Source: Candidatus Saccharimonadota bacterium
GTDB taxonomy: Bacteria; Bacteroidota; Bacteroidia; Cytophagales; Amoebophilaceae
Assembly: GCF_965196625.1 (NCBI RefSeq)
Contig: NZ_OZ239769.1
Location: forward strand, 690,001 to 722,000
DNA length: 32,000 nt
Direction of reading: 5' to 3'
Under the pieces are notes generated by a model that was not told the origin of the DNA, ran no database searches, and worked only from the letters and a program-made list of their open reading frames with translations. The position numbers were made by a program, and so were the translations under genes. Position 1 is the first letter of the stretch. Each line of letters opens with the position of its first letter. Shown here piece after piece: positions 8,390 through 19,000 of the stretch.

Positions 8390-10156
8390 ATGCAAAAATT
8401 ACCGATTGGCGTTAGTAACTTTCATAAGTTAGTCTCTAACGATTACCTCTTTTGTGATAAGACAGCCATGATTGCTGATTTCCTAAAAAGTGGCGATGAG
8501 GTTACGCTAATTGCCCGTCCTCGTCGTTGGGGAAAGACACTCAATATGTCTATGCTTCAGCATTTTTTTGCATCAGAAGTAAATGGGATAAGTACAGCAG
8601 GTTTATTTGATGATTTAGCAATCGGTAAGGTAGATGGTGGTGAATATATTAAGAACCACCAAGGTAAACATCCTGTTATTATGATCAGTTTTAAGGATGT
8701 GAATGCAGATAGTTTTCAAGGGGCATACAATGCGGTGTATGAGTTGATATTAGAGGTGTATAGCACATATGCCTACTTATTGAATAGCGATGCAATTAAT
8801 GAAATACAGTTAGGACAATTACATACTATCCTCAATAAGCAAGCCAATCAACAAGCATTAGAAAAATCTTTAAAGCTCCTTAGCCAATGCCTTTACCAAC
8901 ACCATGCTCAAAAGGTCTATATTCTCATAGATGAATACGATACCCCACTCAACAAAGCTTACGGCAATAAGGAATATTTGGATGCTATGGTCGCATTTAT
9001 GCGTAACCTATTTAGCGCTGCTTTAAAAGATAATGATGCATTAGCAAGGGGTGTTTTAACGGGCATATTGCGTGTTTCTAAGGATAGTATGTTATCTGGG
9101 TTGAATAACCTAAAAACGTATACCCTTTTAGATAAAGGTTATAGCCGCCACTTTGGTTTGAGCGAAGGAGAAGTTCAAGATCTATTTACCCAACAAGATC
9201 TTTCTACCTGTTTGGATGCAGTAAAAAGCTGGTACAATGGTTATCGAGTAGGAGATTTGGTCATGTATAATCCTTGGTCTATTATCTATTGTTTGAGTGA
9301 AGAGGGTCGTTTTGATCTTTATTGGGTCAATACAGGTAATAATGATTTAATTAAGCAGTTAATTTTCTCTTCTAATGACAGCATTAAAGCGCAATTCGAA
9401 CAATTGATGTGCGGGGAAGCACTAACTGTATCTATCGATAAACATCTTGCTTTTGACTTACTGAATAGAAGTGAAACTGCTTTCTGGAGTTTACTTTTAT
9501 TTGCTGGCTATTTGACCTTCCAAACCAGTAATCTGAGTTTAGATAGTGATTTATACGACTGTATCGTTAAGATTCCCAATAATGAAATACGTAGACTCTA
9601 CAATAGATTCTTTACAGAGTGGTTAAGTAGTAAGTTTATGGACCGAGGTGTTTATAATTCTTTTTTAGAACATTTGGTAGTTGGATCCGTATCTCTTTTT
9701 GTACAAGCGTTAAGTTTGTTTTTACGCCAAAGTGCTAGTTGTTTTGACACACAATTTTCTAGAAAATCAGAAGGATTTTACCATGGTTTTGTCTTGGCAA
9801 TGTTGGCTAGTTTGGGTAGAACCCACTATGTAAAATCCAATCGAGAAAGTGGTTTAGGTCGTTATGATCTTTTATTAATCCCTAAAAAAGAAGGTACAAA
9901 AGCGTTATTGTTAGAATTTAAGCAGGTACGTAAAGAAGAAGAATTGGAAAGCGCAGCTAGCCTTGCTTTATCGCAAATACAAACACAAGCCTATCATACT
10001 GAAATATTACAATATCCACATGTAAAAGAAGTAGTAGAATGCGGTATTGCTTTTTCAGGTAAATCGGTTTTAGCAGCTTATGCTACTTATAATTTAATGC
10101 GTAAGCAATCTGGTGCTATTCTGTTAACGAATAAATATGGGCAGGAAGATGAGTAG
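8390..10156 (+). CDS. AAA-ATPase-like + PD-(D/E)XK nuclease (PDDEXK_9-type) fusion protein, copy 2
   Basis: Same architecture as copy 1. The start is placed at the MQKLP ATG (8390) by homology to copy 1; the track's 8369 start adds 7 codons that overlap the 3' end of copy 1. Stop codon TAG at 10154-10156. Confidence 0.88.
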   Translation: MQKLPIGVSNFHKLVSNDYLFCDKTAMIADFLKSGDEVTLIARPRRWGKTLNMSMLQHFFASEVNGISTAGLFDDLAIGKVDGGEYIKNHQGKHPVIMISFKDVNADSFQGAYNAVYELILEVYSTYAYLLNSDAINEIQLGQLHTILNKQANQQALEKSLKLLSQCLYQHHAQKVYILIDEYDTPLNKAYGNKEYLDAMVAFMRNLFSAALKDNDALARGVLTGILRVSKDSMLSGLNNLKTYTLLDKGYSRHFGLSEGEVQDLFTQQDLSTCLDAVKSWYNGYRVGDLVMYNPWSIIYCLSEEGRFDLYWVNTGNNDLIKQLIFSSNDSIKAQFEQLMCGEALTVSIDKHLAFDLLNRSETAFWSLLLFAGYLTFQTSNLSLDSDLYDCIVKIPNNEIRRLYNRFFTEWLSSKFMDRGVYNSFLEHLVVGSVSLFVQALSLFLRQSASCFDTQFSRKSEGFYHGFVLAMLASLGRTHYVKSNRESGLGRYDLLLIPKKEGTKALLLEFKQVRKEEELESAASLALSQIQTQAYHTEILQYPHVKEVVECGIAFSGKSVLAAYATYNLMRKQSGAILLTNKYGQEDE

Positions 10157-10157
10157 C

Positions 10158-11924
10158 ATGCAAAAATTACCGATTGGCGTTAGTAACTTTCATAAGTTAG
10201 TCTCTAACGATTACCTCTTTTGTGATAAGACAGCCATGATTGCTGATTTCCTAAAAAGTGGCGATGAGGTTACGCTAATTGCCCGTCCTCGTCGTTGGGG
10301 AAAGACACTCAATATGTCTATGCTTCAGCATTTTTTTGCATCAGAAGTAAATGGGATAAGTACAGCAGGTTTATTTGATGATTTAGCAATCGGTAAGGTA
10401 GATGGTGGTGAATATATTAAGAACCACCAAGGTAAACATCCTGTTATTATGATCAGTTTTAAGGATGTGAATGCAGATAGTTTTCAAGGGGCATACAATG
10501 CGGTGTATGAGTTGATATTAGAGGTGTATAGCACATATGCCTACTTATTGAATAGCGATGCAATTAATGAAATACAGTTAGGACAATTACATACTATCCT
10601 CAATAAGCAAGCCAATCAACAAGCATTAGAAAAATCTTTAAAGCTCCTTAGCCAATGCCTTTACCAACACCATGCTCAAAAGGTCTATATTCTCATAGAT
10701 GAATACGATACCCCACTCAACAAAGCTTACGGCAATAAGGAATATTTGGATGCTATGGTCGCATTTATGCGTAACCTATTTAGCGCTGCTTTAAAAGATA
10801 ATGATGCATTAGCAAGGGGTGTTTTAACGGGCATATTGCGTGTTTCTAAGGATAGTATGTTATCTGGGTTGAATAACCTAAAAACGTATACCCTTTTAGA
10901 TAAAGGTTATAGCCGCCACTTTGGTTTGAGCGAAGGAGAAGTTCAAGATCTATTTACCCAACAAGATCTTTCTACCTGTTTGGATGCAGTAAAAAGCTGG
11001 TACAATGGTTATCGAGTAGGAGATTTGGTCATGTATAATCCTTGGTCTATTATCTATTGTTTGAGTGAAGAGGGTCGTTTTGATCTTTATTGGGTCAATA
11101 CAGGTAATAATGATTTAATTAAGCAGTTAATTTTCTCTTCTAATGACAGCATTAAAGCGCAATTCGAACAATTGATGTGCGGGGAAGCACTAACTGTATC
11201 TATCGATAAACATCTTGCTTTTGACTTACTGAATAGAAGTGAAACTGCTTTCTGGAGTTTACTTTTATTTGCTGGCTATTTGACCTTCCAAACCAGTAAT
11301 CTGAGTTTAGATAGTGATTTATACGACTGTATCGTTAAGATTCCCAATAATGAAATACGTAGACTCTACAATAGATTCTTTACAGAGTGGTTAAGTAGTA
11401 AGTTTATGGACCGAGGTGTTTATAATTCTTTTTTAGAACATTTGGTAGTTGGATCCGTATCTCTTTTTGTACAAGCGTTAAGTTTGTTTTTACGCCAAAG
11501 TGCTAGTTGTTTTGACACACAATTTTCTAGAAAATCAGAAGGATTTTACCATGGTTTTGTCTTGGCAATGTTGGCTAGTTTGGGTAGAACCCACTATGTA
11601 AAATCCAATCGAGAAAGTGGTTTAGGTCGTTATGATCTTTTATTAATCCCTAAAAAAGAAGGTACAAAAGCGTTATTGTTAGAATTTAAGCAGGTACGTA
11701 AAGAAGAAGAATTGGAAAGCGCAGCTAGCCTTGCTTTATCGCAAATACAAACACAAGCCTATCATACTGAAATATTACAATATCCACATGTAAAAGAAGT
11801 AGTAGAATGCGGTATTGCTTTTTCAGGTAAATCGGTTTTAGCAGCTTATGCTACTTATAATTTAATGCGTAAGCAATCTGGTGCTATTCTGTTAACGAAT
11901 AAATATGGGCAGGAAGATGAGTAG
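10158..11924 (+). CDS. AAA-ATPase-like + PD-(D/E)XK nuclease (PDDEXK_9-type) fusion protein, copy 3 (identical to copy 2)
   Basis: The predicted protein is identical to copy 2. The start is placed at 10158 (MQKLP) rather than the track's 10137. Confidence 0.88.
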   Translation: MQKLPIGVSNFHKLVSNDYLFCDKTAMIADFLKSGDEVTLIARPRRWGKTLNMSMLQHFFASEVNGISTAGLFDDLAIGKVDGGEYIKNHQGKHPVIMISFKDVNADSFQGAYNAVYELILEVYSTYAYLLNSDAINEIQLGQLHTILNKQANQQALEKSLKLLSQCLYQHHAQKVYILIDEYDTPLNKAYGNKEYLDAMVAFMRNLFSAALKDNDALARGVLTGILRVSKDSMLSGLNNLKTYTLLDKGYSRHFGLSEGEVQDLFTQQDLSTCLDAVKSWYNGYRVGDLVMYNPWSIIYCLSEEGRFDLYWVNTGNNDLIKQLIFSSNDSIKAQFEQLMCGEALTVSIDKHLAFDLLNRSETAFWSLLLFAGYLTFQTSNLSLDSDLYDCIVKIPNNEIRRLYNRFFTEWLSSKFMDRGVYNSFLEHLVVGSVSLFVQALSLFLRQSASCFDTQFSRKSEGFYHGFVLAMLASLGRTHYVKSNRESGLGRYDLLLIPKKEGTKALLLEFKQVRKEEELESAASLALSQIQTQAYHTEILQYPHVKEVVECGIAFSGKSVLAAYATYNLMRKQSGAILLTNKYGQEDE

Positions 11925-11963
11925 CATGTATTGCTAATTTTTACCACTGCTTTAAACAAGTAC

Positions 11964-13361
11964 TTATTTTTTTCGTTTAGGGCCTAAATAATGTGCAACC
12001 ATCATAGCTATTCCATTGGCGATCATAGCTATAAAAGCACCATTCATATCTGTAGCTGGCTCAATCCACTTATTCCAAGCTAAAATAGTCAATACTCCTG
12101 TAGCCATACCAATCAAAGCAGTATGGGAACCACGCCTAAAACCTAAAACAGCTAAGATAAAAGGCGCCGTTGCGATAGGTATAAAGCAATCAAAACGCAA
12201 TTTTAGTAAAAAAAATAGATCGCTGCAATAAAAAATTAGTACTGTTGTAATGATGCCTATCAAGAAAGCAGTTGCTTTGGCCAATCGAAGTTGGCGATCA
12301 TACGGAACTGATTTTGTTTCCATTACACTGTTTACTATATCGTTACTAAACATAACCGAACAGCTGTTTAAGTAAGTATCAGCTGTAGACATAGCCATAG
12401 CCACCAAACTCATGATTACAAACCCTTTACAGATGGGCGAAATATGGGCCATTATGTAACCCCAAACCTCTGTAACTGATAGATTTGGTGCAGCTACAAA
12501 AGTATATAAGCCCAGTAATATTATAAAAAAAGTTACAAACAAACTTAATAAGCTAGTAAAGAAAAAAACCATACCGGCTTGAAAGCAATCAGCAGACATA
12601 TAAATTTTTTGTATAATCGGGGGATTTATACTCGATACCAGGCTAGCTAGAAAAAGTGTAAAAATAGCCAATTGTTTGGATTCACATTCAAACAATTTAT
12701 CGAGTTGAAAATTTTCTTGCGTTGCTAAAAAAGAGCATATTTCAGGTTTGCCAGTTGCCTCAAAAATCGAAAAAGCTAGAAAAGGGATAATCAAAAAAAA
12801 GACAAAGGTTTGTGCTACATCTGTAAAAGTAATGATGCGAATACCCCCAATTCGGGCATAGACAAACAGAATTAAGATCACAAAAGTAGTGACGATGCTC
12901 GGATGTACCGAACCTATACACATACTGATGGATCGAGACATTACATTAATTTGAATGGCAATAGTAGCAATCGAAAAACAAATGTTCGATAAACTCATAA
13001 TCATTCTAGGGTATTTACCGTAGACCCGGCCTATACTCTCTGACATAGATAGGTTGCGCATGAATGGCGTCATACGTAGCGCCAACCAACTAATCATCCA
13101 GTATGGTAAAAAACTGGTCAGCAATATAAAAAAGACCCAAGAAAGTCCAAAATTATGGATCTGTTCTACGGCAACCATTAGCCTTCCTCCTCCATAGATC
13201 AGCGCCAATAGCGTACCTGTTAAAGGAGCTGTATGCAATTCTTGATCTCCTAAAACATATTCCCGAAATGAAGTTGAGATTCTGGTAAAGCAAATCCCAA
13301 TACCCAGGGTTAAGAGCAAAAAAGCCATTACCATCAGAAGAGAAGTATTAAAAAGACCCAT
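11964..13361 (-). CDS. Polytopic inner-membrane transporter, probably sodium:solute symporter (SSS) family-like
   Basis: 465 aa, hydrophobic throughout with about 12 or more predicted TM segments. The N-terminal pattern (FREYVLGDQELHTAPLTGTLLALIYGGG) resembles the SSS-family Y.LAGR.L....G.SL.AS block. The family call is from memory only. Confidence 0.6.
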   Translation of the reverse strand: MGLFNTSLLMVMAFLLLTLGIGICFTRISTSFREYVLGDQELHTAPLTGTLLALIYGGGRLMVAVEQIHNFGLSWVFFILLTSFLPYWMISWLALRMTPFMRNLSMSESIGRVYGKYPRMIMSLSNICFSIATIAIQINVMSRSISMCIGSVHPSIVTTFVILILFVYARIGGIRIITFTDVAQTFVFFLIIPFLAFSIFEATGKPEICSFLATQENFQLDKLFECESKQLAIFTLFLASLVSSINPPIIQKIYMSADCFQAGMVFFFTSLLSLFVTFFIILLGLYTFVAAPNLSVTEVWGYIMAHISPICKGFVIMSLVAMAMSTADTYLNSCSVMFSNDIVNSVMETKSVPYDRQLRLAKATAFLIGIITTVLIFYCSDLFFLLKLRFDCFIPIATAPFILAVLGFRRGSHTALIGMATGVLTILAWNKWIEPATDMNGAFIAMIANGIAMMVAHYLGPKRKK

Positions 13362-13622
13362 AGACCTAAATAAAATAACTGGATTTGAACCATACCCTAT
13401 ACAATATGGATAAAGTAATATATAGGCGAGATAACATTTTTATGTTTATAATCAACATAAATTGTATAAAACGATTAGAGGTTTGATCATATAAATGATT
13501 TTCTGTTGTCTACATTTCATAAGACCCATTCAAATGGCAATTCTAAGAAATTTTTATAATAAAATCAAGGGGTTTTACCTGTTTTTAGAAAGCTCCATTT
13601 TGAATAGAGCGGCTCCATTTTT

Positions 13623-15152
13623 TTAGGCGTATGCTTCTTCATATCCGGAATCGTAGCATGGCTCTATGAGTTGTATCAACTGCTGCATTTCTTCTGCTTG
13701 CTTGATCATTTCTTTTACTTCCTCTATTATTTTTTCTACTTGCTTGATTATTTCTTTTGCTTCCTTAATCATTTTTTCTGCTTCTGGTCGTATTTCTTTT
13801 TCTAACCTGCTGGCTAAGTCTTGTATACCATTTACTTTTTGTATCAGTCTGCTTAATGATTCTTGATTGGCTATTAGAGGTGCTATATTAGGTCTTAAAT
13901 CGTTATTATTAATAATTAAGTTTTCCAAATCTTCTTCTATTTGGTCTAACTTCTCTAATTTTTCTAATGATTGATTTGCTTTTGTTAGTCTATCTTTTAA
14001 ATTTAATGCGCTATCTTTTAACTTGGTGATATTATTTAATTGCTTTGCCTGCATCTCCTTTACTTGCATGGCATTTTTAGTCAATAATTCTTTTGGATTG
14101 TAATCTGTAGGTTGTAATTTTAGCATATATTCTATGTACTCCAAGGAATCTATCAATAAGAAGGCCTGTTGGTAGAATGCATCTAATGATAAACTTAATG
14201 ATAGATACTTAGGTATATTCTTGTTTTGGTCGTATACAGTTGTTGCTAATTTTTCTATTGCTATGGTAGCTTGAGTGATATCTTTAGTAAATGCTTTGTT
14301 GTCTAACTGCTCATATCCTTCTGTTCCTGCTTCTAAATTTGAAATGTGCGTTAACGCTGATTCGATTTCTTGGCTTGATAATGGCGTTATTGTATTTTGT
14401 AATGTATCGTCTAATAATTGCCTGATTGTTTTTTGTAATGCATCGTTTGATAGACAAACTGTTTTGCGCTTCATTATCTCTATTACTTCTTTTTGTAGGG
14501 TTATGAATGTTTTTATATAGTTTGATGTGTTCGAACAAAGAGATCTTGTATAAGTCGCGTCTGTGTCGGGCTGCCTTTGTTCTGTTTCCTTCGTTGATTC
14601 CTGATTGGCGTTGGCAGCAATAGAATGATCCTGAGCAGGTGCATTATTACCCTTAGGTTGAGCCAAAGCATCTAATAGCTGATCGTTTTTTAAGGATGAT
14701 CTTTCTGATTCAGCATCAGGTCCTATGCCGCTGTCTATTGATGATTGTCTTGATAGAGCGCTGGAATGATAAAACTGATGAATAGTGTCATTGTTTCTTT
14801 TATAAAGAGGATTAGGATCTGTTATATTGTTGTAGCTGCCCAGACCATTGATACCTTTAGTAGGTTGCTGTGCAAGTTTCTTTTCTGTGTTTTGTCTAGA
14901 ATTATTCAATGGCCTGATTGCTTGATGCTTATGGGTTGTGTTGGGCCGTTCTTTATTGTTTTTTGAACGACACGTGAACCCTACAGCGCATAGCAGACAA
15001 GCGGGACATGCTATAATAAAAAAAAGGGTAGATAGAAGCTTTTGAAGAGAGAAACGGGTGGGCATCGCCAGAGCTATATTGGTCTTATTACAGTTTGAAT
15101 CGCCCCTATAGGGGGGGGTATGGTCAGAGGTACTATGGGTATTATATTCCAT
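13623..15152 (-). CDS. Hypothetical membrane-anchored coiled-coil protein (lineage-specific)
   Basis: 509 aa ORF. It has one N-proximal hydrophobic segment (LLSTLFFIIACPACLLCAVGF), a long polar Q/N/S/T-rich linker, and a K/E/I/L-rich heptad-like C-terminus (KLEKLDQIEEDLENL, EAEKMIKEAKEIIKQVEKIIEEVKEMIKQAEEM). I recognise no family. Confidence 0.7.
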   Translation of the reverse strand: MEYNTHSTSDHTPPYRGDSNCNKTNIALAMPTRFSLQKLLSTLFFIIACPACLLCAVGFTCRSKNNKERPNTTHKHQAIRPLNNSRQNTEKKLAQQPTKGINGLGSYNNITDPNPLYKRNNDTIHQFYHSSALSRQSSIDSGIGPDAESERSSLKNDQLLDALAQPKGNNAPAQDHSIAANANQESTKETEQRQPDTDATYTRSLCSNTSNYIKTFITLQKEVIEIMKRKTVCLSNDALQKTIRQLLDDTLQNTITPLSSQEIESALTHISNLEAGTEGYEQLDNKAFTKDITQATIAIEKLATTVYDQNKNIPKYLSLSLSLDAFYQQAFLLIDSLEYIEYMLKLQPTDYNPKELLTKNAMQVKEMQAKQLNNITKLKDSALNLKDRLTKANQSLEKLEKLDQIEEDLENLIINNNDLRPNIAPLIANQESLSRLIQKVNGIQDLASRLEKEIRPEAEKMIKEAKEIIKQVEKIIEEVKEMIKQAEEMQQLIQLIEPCYDSGYEEAYA

Positions 15153-15327
15153 TTTAGTGAAGTTTTAAACTTACAAAAACAAGGCCATACTTGTTCTTAA
15201 ATCATATATTTTTTTACTTAGAATTCCAAATTTTTGCAATTCTGTAACTATAATCTACTGGGTTTTAGGCTTAAAAGTATAACTGTAAAGAATTGATTGA
15301 AAAGTCATTATGGTGTAAAAAGCCATT

Positions 15328-15348
15328 GCTTATGTGGAGCGCATAAGC
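15328..15348 (-). terminator. Possible intrinsic terminator hairpin downstream of the glutathione peroxidase gene
   Basis: On the minus strand, GCTTATG-cgctcca-CATAAGC (7-bp stem, 7-nt loop) starts 17 nt after the stop codon. It is followed by aatggCTTTTT, so the T-run is offset by 5 nt and the call is tentative. Confidence 0.35.
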
Positions 15349-15364
15349 GGAAGGGAATGACGCG

Positions 15365-15859
15365 TTATCCGTTATCTAGTGCAGCCTCTACTGCTTCTAT
15401 TACCTTTGGGGCTAGCGGGTCTGTTGTAGAGGAAAACCATGTAATGAGTTGGCCATCTTTTCCTATCAAATACTTATGAAAGTTCCATTTTGGACGACCT
15501 AATAAAGAGACTTGTGTAGCCGCCCATGCATAAAATGGATGAATGGCTTTGCCACGAACAGCGGTTAGCTGCGTAATAGGAAAGCTTACTACACTACATT
15601 TGTTTTGTACAGCAGCTGCGATATCAGCAGGTAGATCGGATTCTTGCTTGCCAAAGCTTTGAGAGGATACACCCAACACGGTAAAGCCCTTGGCGTGATA
15701 ACGATCGTGTAGCTTTTGTAGTGCCTCAAACTGCCGGGCAAAGCCACAGCGTGAGGCAGTGTTGACGACTAAAACAACTTGAGGTACGCCATTACAAAGA
15801 TGAAAGGTAGTGCCATCTAATAAGGTAAAAGAAAAATTTTTAGGGCTGTTCATATGCAT
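15365..15859 (-). CDS. Glutathione peroxidase family protein (Cys-type)
   Basis: VVNTASRCGFA (the NVASxCG active-site block with Cys), GFTVLGVSSQSFGKQE (FPCNQFGxQE-like block) and WNFHKYLIGKDGQLI (WNFxKFLV block). The start may be the third codon (ATG 15853). Confidence 0.85.
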   Translation of the reverse strand: MHMNSPKNFSFTLLDGTTFHLCNGVPQVVLVVNTASRCGFARQFEALQKLHDRYHAKGFTVLGVSSQSFGKQESDLPADIAAAVQNKCSVVSFPITQLTAVRGKAIHPFYAWAATQVSLLGRPKWNFHKYLIGKDGQLITWFSSTTDPLAPKVIEAVEAALDNG

Positions 15860-16007
15860 ATTAATCTTTTATGTTCAATTTTTGTGCAATACTGTTTATA
15901 TACGTCTGTATAGATGCCAAAAAATTGGTTTAAAAATGTCTTCTTTAAATTTAAGCTTTAAATATTAAAATGCAAAACGAAATAACCAATAGATCAGCTA
16001 TAAATCA

Positions 16008-19000
16008 TTAAGTAGATAGATAAAAATCTATAGCGTGCTCGTTGAGTAGCTCAAATAGTGCATTGTTGAGTGCGACACGGTATTGGGTAGAGAGGGTGGG
16101 AATGGTGATTTGGTCTTCATCATCTATAATGGATAGCTTTACAAAAAATTTGCCTGGATGCTGTTTGATAGAAGCTTCTAATGCATCAACCAATGATGGG
16201 TTGATATGGTGTTGTTTGAGTGTTAAATGGATGCCTTTGGCCATTCTTTCCCGCATCTCTTCTAGGAGATGAATGGTTTGGGGCTTAAAGGTTTGTGTTT
16301 CTTGCTTGCCATAGCGTGGGGCTACATGGCCTGTTAGGAAGAGGAGTTTACCGGCTTCTAATAGATGTTTGTGTTTTAAATAGTCTTCCCCAAAAAGCGC
16401 AAAATTAAATGAACCATGGTAATCATCTAATGTGAGCAATGCAAAGGCATTGCCTTTGCCATTTTGTTTAATGGTAGCATCCGTAAGTATACCGGCTATG
16501 GTTACTGCTTTGCGACTGGTAGCTAATATATTTTGTGTGGTTACATTGCAGAAGCTTGCTATATCTATTTTAAATGGATCCAATGGATGGCCAGAGATAT
16601 AAAAGCCGACCAACTCCTTCTCGATACGCAATTGTTCCAATGGTTCATAAGGTGCACAGTCAACGGGTTCTGGCTTTTTAATTTGGCTATAGCCACTGGC
16701 TGCAAAGAGCGATTGAAGGGCCTCCATCCGCTCTTTTTGGATGCGGTTGCGGTATTGGATTACTTTTTCTATAAAGCTGCTGCCGGCTGCTTCATAGACA
16801 TATTGTCTTCTGTGTACCCCTTTAAAGGTATCAAAGGCACCCGATAAGGCAAGCGACTCCATGGTTTTTTTATTGACGCTTTTCAGTTGGATGGACTCGA
16901 TAAAATCAAAAATATCCTCAAAAGCGCCTTTCTGCGCCCTTGCTGCTATAATGGCGGTAACGGCTGCTTCACCCGCTCCTTTAATGGCGCCTAATCCAAA
17001 TCTGATTTCTTTATGAAGACCGGCACTAAAATTGACTTGACTTTTATTGATATCGGGCCCTAATACAGAGAGTCCTTGCTGGCGGCTTTCTTCCATAAAG
17101 AAAGCAATTTTTTCAATATCGCCTTGGTTGTGGGTTAATACAGCGGCCATATATTCGGTAGGATAATGGGCTTTTAAATAAGCGGTTTGGTAGGCAATCA
17201 GGGAATAGGCTGCTGCATGGGAACGGTTGAAACCATATTGGGCAAATTTTTCCATGATTTCAAAGACGGCTAATGCTTTTTCTTTAGGGATCTGATGTTT
17301 TTGGGCGGCGCCTGTTACAAAGATATCGCGTTGCCTAGCCATTTCTGCTGCATTTTTTTTACCCATGGCTTTACGGAGTAAATCGGCACCACCTAGGGTA
17401 TAGCCTGCCATGCGTTGTGCGGTTTGTATGATCTGTTCTTGGTAAATCATAATGCCATAGGTGGGCTTTAGAATGGATTCTAAAAGGGGATGGGGGTATT
17501 CAATGGCTTCTTTGCCATGTTTGCGGGCAATAAAATTAGGAATAAACTGCATGGGGCCTGGCCTATAGAGGGCATTCATGGCAATCAGCTCTTCCATAGT
17601 GGTGGGTTGCAGTTTCATCAGCCATTGGCGCATGCCTTCTGATTCAAATTGGAAGGTGCCTTTGGTATTACCGGATTGGTATAGTTGAAAGGCAATAGGG
17701 TCGTCTAATGGTATCTCATCTATATTTATGGAAACGTTTCTGTTTTGCTGGATCAATAGCAGCGCATCTTTAATGATACTCAGTGTCTTGAGCCCTAAAA
17801 AGTCCATTTTTAACATGCCGGTCCCTTCTAATACTGATCCGTCATATTGGGTAACCAATAGGTCTGAATTTTTATCTGTTTTTACGGGGATGTATTCTAC
17901 AATATCGTCGGGGGCAATGATGATGCCTGCTGCGTGGATACCTGTATGGCGCACCAGTCCTTCTAATCTTTCAGCTAAATCGAGCACTTTACCTTCTGGC
18001 GTAGTAAGGGCTTTTTTGATTTCAGCGAGTTCTTTTACTTCCTCAAAGGCTTCTGATAAGGTAATGCCTAATTTGTCTGGTATCAACTTGGTCATATAGT
18101 TGGCTCGCGCCAAAGGCACACCCAAGACACGTGCTACATCGCGTATGGCCGACTTAGCGGCCATGCTACCAAAGGTAATAATCGAGGCTACTTGGTTTTT
18201 ACCATATTTTTGAATCACATAATCAATTACTTTTTTACGACCTTCATCGTCAAAGTCTACATCTATATCGGGCATAGAGACCCGTTCTGGATTTAAAAAG
18301 CGTTCAAAAAGGAGATTGTAGCGCAGGGGGTCTATTTTGGTGATGCCTATACAGAAGGCAACGAGTGAGCCTGCTACGGAGCCTCTTCCTGGCCCTACGA
18401 TGACGTCTAGGGTTACCGCGGCCTGAATAAAGTCTTGTACAATTAAAAAATAGCCGGCAAAACCGGTTTGGGCAATAATGGCTAGTTCATAGTTGAGTCT
18501 GCTTTCTACTTCTTCAGAAATGGTTCCATACTTAACACGGGCGCCGGAAAAGGCCAAATGGGTGAGGTAGCGGTTGGGATCTGAAAATCCACTGGGCAGT
18601 TGAAAAATAGGCAGTAGTACATCACGGGTCAAGGAGGGGGTTTCTATTTTTTCTATCAATGTCTGGGTATTGGTAATTGCCGCTGGGACATCTGAAAAAA
18701 GCTGCGCCATCTCTACTGGCGACTTTAAAAAGAATTGATCGTTGCTAAAACGCATTCGATTGGGATCGTTGTAGTCTTTCCCGGTCTGTAAGCAGAGCAA
18801 TACATCTTGGGCAAGGCTGTCTTGTTGCGCAATGTAGTGGACATCATTGGTAGCGATGACTTTTACATTATATTTTTCAGCCCAGCGGAGCAATAGGGCA
18901 TTGCAGATTTCTTGTTCTTTGATGCCATGTCTTTGCAGTTCTATGTAGTAGTCTTCACCAAATAGCTCCAACCATTCTACAAAAATCTTTTCAGCAGCTG

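Larger units (their letters stand above)
6621..11928 (+). repeat. Tandem direct repeat, 3 units x 1768 bp plus 4 nt (CATG) of a fourth unit
   Basis: The MQKLP start codons at 6622, 8390 and 10158 are exactly 1768 bp apart. I found no differences by eye between units 2 and 3. Unit 1 versus unit 2 is diverged over 6622-7155, then shows only four single-base differences (7380, 7429, 7593, 7690) and none from 7691 to 8389. Confidence 0.95.

Noticed and set aside
6621-11928. Whether the large periodic repeat could be a CRISPR array or a satellite.
   Set aside because: The unit is 1768 bp and is a complete protein-coding gene. There is no short repeat-spacer structure anywhere in the window.
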